Assembly: GCF_009914755.1 (NCBI RefSeq)
Contig: NC_060933.1
DNA length: 64,000 bases
Direction: 5' to 3' (one strand)
DNA from: the human T2T-CHM13v2.0 reference genome, Homo sapiens
The notes beneath the pieces are model-generated. The model worked only from the letters and a program-made list of their open reading frames with translations, searched no databases and was not told the DNA's origin. Position numbers and translations under genes: made by a program. Shown one piece after another: positions 55,561 through 64,000 of this stretch (positions are counted from its first letter, which is position 1; the number at the start of each line of letters is the position of its first letter).

Positions 55561-58339
55561 TCCATTCCATTCCCCTGCAATCGCGTTGATTCCTTTCCAT
55601 TCCATTCCATTCCATTCCATTCAGTTCCGTTCCGTTCCGTTCCATTCCATTCCATTCCATTCCATTCCATTCCGTTCCGTTCCATTCCATTCCATTCCAT
55701 TCTATTTGGGTTAATTCCATTCCATTCCATTCAATTGCAATCGAGTTGATTCCATTCCATTCCATTTCATTCCATTCCATTCCATTCCATTCCATTCCAT
55801 TCCTTTCCATTCCATTACGGATGATTCCATTCCATTGCATTCCATTCCATTCCATTCCCCTGTACTCGGGTTGATTCCATTCCATTCCATTCCAATCCAT
55901 GCCCTTCCACTCGTGTTGATTCCATTCTTTCCATTACATTCAAGTTGAATCCATTCTATTGCACTGCATTCCATTCGATTCCATTCGATTGCACTCGGGT
56001 TGATTCCATTCCATTCCATTCCATTCCATTCCATTCCGTTCCGTTCCATTCCATTCCATTACATTCGGATTGATTCTATTCAATTCCCTTTCACTCCATT
56101 ACATTCCATTCCATTCGGGTACTTTCCATTCCATTCCATTCCATTCCTCTCCATTCCATTGCACTCGGGTAGATTCCATTCCATTGCATTCCATTCCATT
56201 CCATTCAATTCCATTCCGTTCCATTCCATTCCATTACATTCGGAATGATTCTATTCAACTCCTTTACTCTCCATTACATTCCATTCCATTCGGGTTGTTC
56301 CATTCCATTCCATTCCATTCCACTCCATTCCATTGCACTCGGGTTGATTCCATTCCATTCCATTCCATTCCATTCCGGAAGATTCCATTACATTGCATTC
56401 CATTCCATTCCATTCCACTGCACTCGCGTTGATTCCATTCCATTCCATTCCATTCCATTCCGTTCCATTCCATTCCTTTCCGTTCCATTCCACTCCATTC
56501 CATTCCATTCCATTCCGTTCCGTTCCGTTCCATTCCATTCCATTCCATTCTATTTGGGTTAATTCCATTCCGTTCCATTCGATTGCAATCGAGTTGATTC
56601 CATTCCATTCCATTCCATTCCATTCCATTCCATTCCATTCCATTCCATTCCATTCCTTTCCATTCCATTACGGATGATTCCATTCCATTGCATTCCATTC
56701 CATTCCATTCCCCTGTACTCGGGTTGATTCCATTCCATTCCATTCCAATCCATGCCATTCCACTCGTGTTGATTCCATTCTTTCCATTCCATTCAAGTTG
56801 AATCCATTCCATTGCATTCCATTCCATTCCATTCCCATGCAGTCGGGTTGATTCCATTCCATTCCATTCCATTCCATTCCATTCCATTCCATTCCGTTCC
56901 GTTCCATTTAATTCCATTCCATTCTATTCGGGTTAATTCCATTCCATTCCATTCCATTCCATTCCATTCCATTCCATTCCATTGCAATCAGTTGATTCCA
57001 TTGCATTCCATTCCATTCCATTCCATTCCATTCCATTCCATTCCATTCCGTTCCGTTCCGTTCCGTTCCATTCCATTCCATTCCATTCCATTCTATTCGG
57101 GTTAATTCCATTCCATTCCATTCGATTGCAATAGAGTTGATTCCATTCCATTCCATTCCATTCCATTCCTTTCCATTACATTACGGATGATTCCATTCCA
57201 TTTCATTCCATTCCATTCCATTCCCCTGTACTCGGGTTGATTCCATTCCATTCCATTCCAATCCATGCCATTCCACTCGTGTTGATTCCATTCTTTCCAT
57301 TCCATTCAAGTTGAATCCATTCCATTGCATTCCATTCCATTCGATTCCATTCGATTGCACTCGGGTTGATTCCATGGCATTGCATTCCATTCCACTCCAT
57401 TCCATTCCATTCCATTCCTTTCCATTCCATTCCATTCGGATTCATTCTATTCAATTCCCTTACACTCCATTTCATTCCATTCGATTCGTGTAGTTTCCAT
57501 TCCATTCCATTCCATTCCTCTCCATTCCATTGCACTCGGGTTGATTCCATTCCATTCCATTCCATTCCATTCCATTCCATTCCATTCCATTCCGGATGAT
57601 TCCATTCCATTGAATTCCATTCCATTCCATTCCCCTGCACTTGGGTTGATTCCATTCCATTCCATTCCATTCCTTTCTGTTCCATTCAATTCCATTCCAT
57701 TCCATTCTATTCGTGTTAATTCCATTCCATTCTATTCCATTCCATTTCCATTGAAATCGAGTTGATTCCATTCCATTCCATTCCATTCCATTCCATTCCA
57801 TTCCGGATGATTCCATTCCATTGCATTCCATTCCATTCCATTCCCCTGCACTCGGGTGGATTCCATTCCATTCCATTCCATTACATTCCATTCCATTCCG
57901 TTCCATTTCATTCTATTCGGGTTAATTCCATTCCATTCCATTACACTCCATTCCAGTCCTTTCCATTCCATTCCACTCGGGTTGATTCCATTCTATTCCT
58001 TTCAATTCCATTCCATTCCATTGCAATCGAGTTGATTCCATTCGAGTTGAATCCATTCCATTCCATTCCATTCCATTCCATTGCACACGGGTTCATTCCA
58101 TTCCATTCCATTCCATTCCATTCTATTCCATTTCATTGCATTCCATTCTATTCCGTACCATTCCATTCCATCCCATTCCATTCCGTTCCATTCCATGCCA
58201 TTACACTCGGGTTGATTCCATTCCTTTCCATTCCATTCTTGTTGAATCCATTCCATTCCATTCCATTCCATTCCATTCGAATCCATTCCATTGCACTCGG
58301 GTTGATTCCATTCCATTCCATTCCATTCCATTTCATTCC

Positions 58340-60400
58340 ATTCCATTCCATTACATTCGGATTGATTCTATTCAATTCCCTTACACTCCATTACATTCCA
58401 TTCCATTCGGGATGTTTCCATTCCATTCCATTCCATTCCACTCCATTCCATTGCATCAGGTTGATTGCATTCCATTCCATTCCATTCCATTCCGGATGAT
58501 TCCATTCCATTGCATTCCATTCCATTCCATTCCCCTGCACTCGGGTTGATTCCATTCCATTCCATTCCATTCCATTCCATTTCATTCCGTTCCATTCCAT
58601 TCCATTCCATTCTATTCCGGTTAATTCCACTCCATTCCATTCGATTCCATTCCATTCCATTCCATTCCATTGCAATCGAGTTGATTCCATTCCATTCCAT
58701 TCCATTCCGTTCCGGATGATTCCATTCCATTCCATTCCATTCCATTCCATTCCATTCCATTCCGTTCCATTCCATTCCATTCCATTCTATTCGGGTTAAT
58801 TCCATTCCATTCCATTCCATTCCATTCCATTCCATTCCATTACAATCGAGTTGATTCCATTCCATTCCATTCCATTCCATTCCACTCCATTCCAGTCCTT
58901 TCCATTCCATTACACTCGGGTTGATTCCATTCTATTCCTTTCCATTCCATTCCATTCCATTGCAATCGAGTTGATTCCATTGCTTTGCATTCCAGTCCAT
59001 TCCATTCCATTCCGGATGATTCCATTCCATTGAATTCCATTCCATTCCATTCCCCTGCACTCGGGTTGATTCCATTCCATTCCACTCCATTCCGTTCCAT
59101 TCCATTCCATTCCATTGTATTCGGGTTAATTCCATTCCATTCCATTCCATTCCATTCCATTCCATTCCATTCCATTAAAATCGAGTTGATTCCATTCCAT
59201 TCCATTCCATTCCATTCCATTCCAGTCCTTTCCATTCCATTCGACTCGGGTTGATTCCATTCTATTAGTTTCCATTCCATTCCATTCCTTTCCATTCCAC
59301 TCTGGTTGATTCCATTCCTTTCCATTCCACTCGAAAACATTCCATCCTATTCCACTCGGAACGATTCCATTCCATTCCATTCCATTCCATTCCATTCCTT
59401 TCCATTTCATTCCATTCCATTCCATTACATTCGGATTGATTCTATTCAATTCCCTTACACTCCATTACATTCCATTCCATTCGGGATGTTTCCATTCCAT
59501 TCCATTCCATTCCACTCCATTCCATTGCATCAGTTTGATTGCATTCCATTCCATTCCATTCCATTCCGGATGATTCCATTCCATTGCATTCCATTCCATT
59601 CCATTCCCCTGCACTCGGGTTGATTCCATTCCATTCCATTCCATTCCATTCCATTTCATTCCGTTCCATTCCATTCCATTCCATTCTATTCCGGTTAATT
59701 CCACTCCATTCCATTCCATTCCATTCCATTCCATTCCATTCCCCTGCAGTCGGGTTGATTCCATTCCATTCCATTCCATTCCATTCCATTCCATTCCTTT
59801 CCATTCCATTCCATTACATTCTATTCGCGTTAATTCCATTCCATTCCATTCCATTCCATTCCATTCCATTACAATCGAGTTGATTCCATTCCATTCCATT
59901 CCATTCCATTCCACTCCATTCCAGTCCTTTCCATTCCATTACACTCGGGTTGATTCCATTCTATTCCTTTCCATTCCATTCCATTCCATTGCAATCGAGT
60001 TGATTCCATTGCTTTGCATTCCATTCCATTCCATTCCATTCCGGATGATTCCATTCCATTGCATTCCATTCCATTCCATTCCCCTGCACTCGGGTTGATT
60101 CCATTCCATTCCACTCCATTCCGTTCCATTCCATTCCATTCCATTGTATTCGGGTTAATTCCATTCCATTCCATTCCATTCCATTCCATTACAATCGAGT
60201 TGATTCCATTCCATTCCATTCCATTCCATTCCATTCCATTCCAGTCCTTTCCATTCCATTCGACTCGGGTTGATTCCATTCTATTAGTTTCCATTCCATT
60301 CCATTGCCCTCCATTCCACTCTGGTTGATTCCGTTCCTTTCCATTCCACTCGAAAACATTCCATCCTATTCCACTCGGAACGATTCCATTCCATTCCATT
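58340..60400 (-). repeat. Tandem duplication with a unit of about 1.02-1.07 kb
   Basis: TCGAAAACATTCCATCCTATT at 59331/60350 and CGACTCGGGTTG at 59242/60261. The CGGGATGTTTCC...GCATCAG cassette occurs near 58410 and 59480. Confidence 0.8.
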
Positions 60401-63400
60401 CCATTCCATTCCATTCCATTCCAATCCAGTTCGTTCCATTCCATTCTATTCCGTACCACTGCATTCCATTCCATTCCTTTCCATTCCATTCCTTTCCACT
60501 CGTGTTGATTCCATTCCTTTCCATTCCATTCGGTTTGAAGGTATTCCATTCCATTCAATTCCATTCCATTCAATTCCATTCCATTCCATTCCATTCCATT
60601 CTATTCCATTCCATTGCAATCGAGTTGAATCCATTGCCTTTCATTCCATTCCATTCCATTGCATTCCATTCCGGAAGATTCCATTCGATTGCATTCCATT
60701 CCATTCCATTCCCCTGCACTCGCGTTGATTCCATTCCATTCCATTCCATTCCATTCCGTTCCGTTCCATTCCATTCCATTCCATTCCATTCCATTCCATT
60801 CCGTTCCGTTCCATTCCATTCCATTCCATTCTATTCGGGTTAATTCCATTCCATTCCATTCGATTGCCATCGAGTTGATTCCATTCCATTCCATTCCATT
60901 CCATTCCATTCCATTCCTTTCCATTCCATTTCGGATGACTCCATTCCATTGCATTCCATTCCATTCTATTCCCCTTTACTCGGGTTGATTCCATTCCATT
61001 CCATTCCACTCCATTCGGTTCCGTTGCATTCCATTCTATTGCATTCCATTCTATTCGGGTTAATTCCATTCCATTCTATTCCATTCCATTCCATTCCATT
61101 CCTTTGCAATGGGATTGATTCCATTCCATTCCATTCCATTCCGGATGATTCCATTCCATTGCATTCCATTCCATTCCATTCCCCTGCACTCGTGTTGATT
61201 CCATTCCCTTCCATTCCATTCCATTCCGTTCCATTCCATTCCATTCCATTCTATTCCGGTTAATTCCATTCCATTCCATTCCATTCCATTGCAATCGAGT
61301 TGATTCCATTCCATTCCATTCCATTCCATTCCATTCCATTCCATTCCATTCCATTTCATTACAATCGAGTTCATTCCATTCCATTCCATTCCATTCCATT
61401 GCATTCCATTCCAGTCCTTTCCATTCCATTCCATTCCATTGTACTCGAGTTGATTCCATTCCATTGCATTCAATTCCATTCCATTCCATTCCATTCCATT
61501 CCATTCCATTCCAGTTCGTTCCATTCCATTCTATTCCGTACCATTCCATTCCATTCCATTCCTTTCCATTCCATTACTTTCCACTCGTGTTGATTCCATT
61601 CCTTTCCATTCCTTTCGGTTTGAAGGCATTCCATTCCATTCCATTCCATTCCATTCCATTCCATTCCATTCCATTCTCTTCCCTTCCATTGCAATCGAGT
61701 TTAATCCATTGCCTTTCATTCCGTTCCATTCCATTCCATTCCATTCCGGAAGATTCCATTCCATTACATTCCATTCCATTCCATTCCCCTGCACTCGCGT
61801 TGATTCCATTCCATTCCATTCCATTCCATTCCGTTCCGTTCCATTCCATTCCATTCCATTCCATTCCGTTCCGTTCCATTCCATTCCATTCCATTCTATT
61901 CGGGTTAATTCCATTCCATTCCATTCGATTGCCATCGAGTTGATTCCATTCCATTCCATTCCATTCCATTCCATTCCATTCCATTCCATTCCTTTCCATT
62001 CCATTACGGATGACTCCATTCCATTGCATTCCATTCCATTCCATTCCCCTGTACTCGGGTTGATTCCATTCCATTCCATTCCACTCCATTCGGTTCCGTT
62101 GCATTCCATTCTATTGCATTCCATTCTATTCGGGATAATTCCATTCCATTCTATTCCATTCCATTCCATTCCATTCCATTGCAATGGAGTTGATTCCATT
62201 CCATTCCATTCCATTCCGGATTATTCCATTCCATTGCATTCCATTCCATTCCATTCCCCTGCACTCGTGTTGATTCCATTCCCTTCCATTCCATTCCATT
62301 CCATTCCATTCCATTCTATTCCGATTAATTCCATTCCATTCCATTCCATTCCATTCCATTGCAATCGAGTTGATTCCATTCCATTCCTTTCCATTCCATT
62401 CCATTGCCTTGCATTCCACTCGGGTTGATTCCATTCCCTTCTTTCCACTCCATTACATTCCCTTCCATTCCACTCAGAATGATTGATTCCATTCCATTCC
62501 ATTCCATTTCATTCCATTGCAATCCATTCCAATCCATTCCATTCCATTCCATTCCACTCGAGTTGACATCATTCCATTCCTTTCCATTCCATTCCATTCC
62601 ATGCCATTCCACTCTGGTTGATTCCATTCCTTTGCATTCCATTCCATTCCATTCCATTGCATTCCATTCCATTCCATTCCGTTGCATTCCATTCCATTAC
62701 ATTCGGATTGATTCTATTCAACTCCCTTACTCTCCATTACATTCCATTCCATTCGGGTTGTTCCATTCCATTCCATTCCATTCCACTCCATTCCATTGCA
62801 CTCGGGTTGATTCCATTCCATTCCATTCCATACCATTCCATTCCATTCCATTCCGGATGATTCCATTCCATTGCATTCCGTTCCATTACATTCCCCTGCA
62901 CTCGGGTTGATACCATTCCTTTCCATTCCATTCCATTCCATTCCATTCCATTCCGGATGATTCCATTCCATCGCATTCCATTCCATTCCATTCCCCTGCA
63001 CTCGGGTTGATTACATTCCATTTCCTTCCCTTCCATTCCTTTCCATTCCATTCCATTCCATTCTATTCGGGTGAATTCCATTCCATTACATTCCATTCCA
63101 TTCCATTCCATTCCATTGCAATCGAGTTGATTCCATTCCATTCAATTCCATTCCGTTCCGGATGATTCCATTCCATTCCATTCCATTTCATTCCATTCCA
63201 TTCCATTGCATTCCCCTGCAGTCGGGTTGACTCCATTCCATTCCATTCCATTCCATTCCATTCCATTCCATTCCATTCCGTTCCGTTCAATTCCATTCCA
63301 TTCCATTCTATTCGGGTTAATTCCATTCCATTCCATTCCATTCCATTCTATTCCATTGCATTCCAATCGAGTTGATTCCATTCCATTCCATTCCATTCCA

Positions 63401-64000
63401 TTCCACTCCATTCCAGTCCTTTCCATTCCATTACACTCGGGTTGCTTCCATTCTATTCCTTTCCACTCCATTCCATTCCGTTGCAATCGAGTTGATTCCA
63501 TTGCTTTGCATTCCATTCCATTCCATTCCATTCCGGATGATTCCATTCCATTGCATTCCATTCCATTCCATTCCCCTGCACTCGGGTTGATTCCATTCCA
63601 TTCCACTCCATTCCGTTCCATTCCATTCCATTCCATTTTATTCGGGTTAATTCCATTCCATTCCATTCCATTGCATTCCATTCCATTCCATTCCATTACA
63701 ATCGAGTTGATTCCATTCCATTCCATTCCATTCCATTCCAGTCCTTTCCATTCCATTCCACTCGGCTTGATTCCATTCTATTAGTTTCCATTCCATTCCA
63801 TTCCCTTCCATTCCACTCTGGTTGATTCCATTCCTTTCCATTCCACACGAATACATTCCCTCGTATTCCACTCGGAACGATTCCATTCCATTCCATTCCA
63901 TTCCATTCCATTCCATTCCATTCCAGTTCGTTCCATTCCATTCTATTCCGTACCATTCCATTCCATTCCATTCCTTTCCATTCCATTCCTTTCCACTCGT

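Larger units (their letters stand above)
11839..64000 (-). repeat. HSat3 array in the opposite orientation: (CATTC)n on +, G-rich strand on -
   Basis: Same word set in reverse complement (ACTCGGGTTG, GCAATCGAGTTG, CTATTCGGGTTAA, CCCCTGCACTCGCGTTG, CCGGAAG). No further strand switch seen; the array runs off the right edge. Confidence 0.97.

Noticed and set aside
84-63986. Hundreds of ORFs (poly-MEWNG / poly-IPFHS) as protein-coding genes
   Set aside because: They overlap in all frames on both strands and are the direct translation of a stop-free pentamer. There is no domain structure, exon structure or frame preference.
1-64000. CRISPR-like repeat/spacer array
   Set aside because: The intervening words are themselves recurrent pentamer derivatives, spacing is irregular, and there are no unique spacers or cas genes.
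1-64000. HSat2, alpha satellite, telomeric repeat, or embedded Alu/L1/ERV
   Set aside because: No 171-bp monomers, TTAGGG tracts, poly(A) tails or non-pentamer islands were seen. CATTCGATTC occurs only as an occasional word.

Overview
The whole 64 kb window is Human Satellite 3 (HSat3/SatIII)-type pericentromeric DNA: (GGAAT)n pentamers interrupted by a small recurring set of diverged, CpG-containing words such as CAACCCGAGT, CAACTCGATTGC, TTAACCCGAATAG, CAACGCGAGTGCAGGGG and CTTCCGG. I found no gene, RNA gene, transposon or unique-sequence island. The ORF track is an artefact of the pentamer, which reads poly-MEWNG on one strand and poly-IPFHS on the other. The main structural event is one strand switch at about 11,834: GGAAT is on + to the left and CATTC is on + to the right. 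The junction has a 5-bp CGAGT microhomology, a 10-bp hairpin stem and nearby cassette rearrangements. The recurring word GGAATCTTCCGGAAT is a perfect three-unit heat-shock element (nGAAnnTTCnnGAAn) and occurs every 1-2 kb or so. The array has no fixed higher-order period; it is a mosaic of 0.06-3.6 kb direct and inverted block duplications traceable through shared rare variants. The word content is suggestive of the chr9q12 array, but that is not provable from this window. I see no evidence of a new protein-coding system. Duplication boundaries were read by eye and are approximate.
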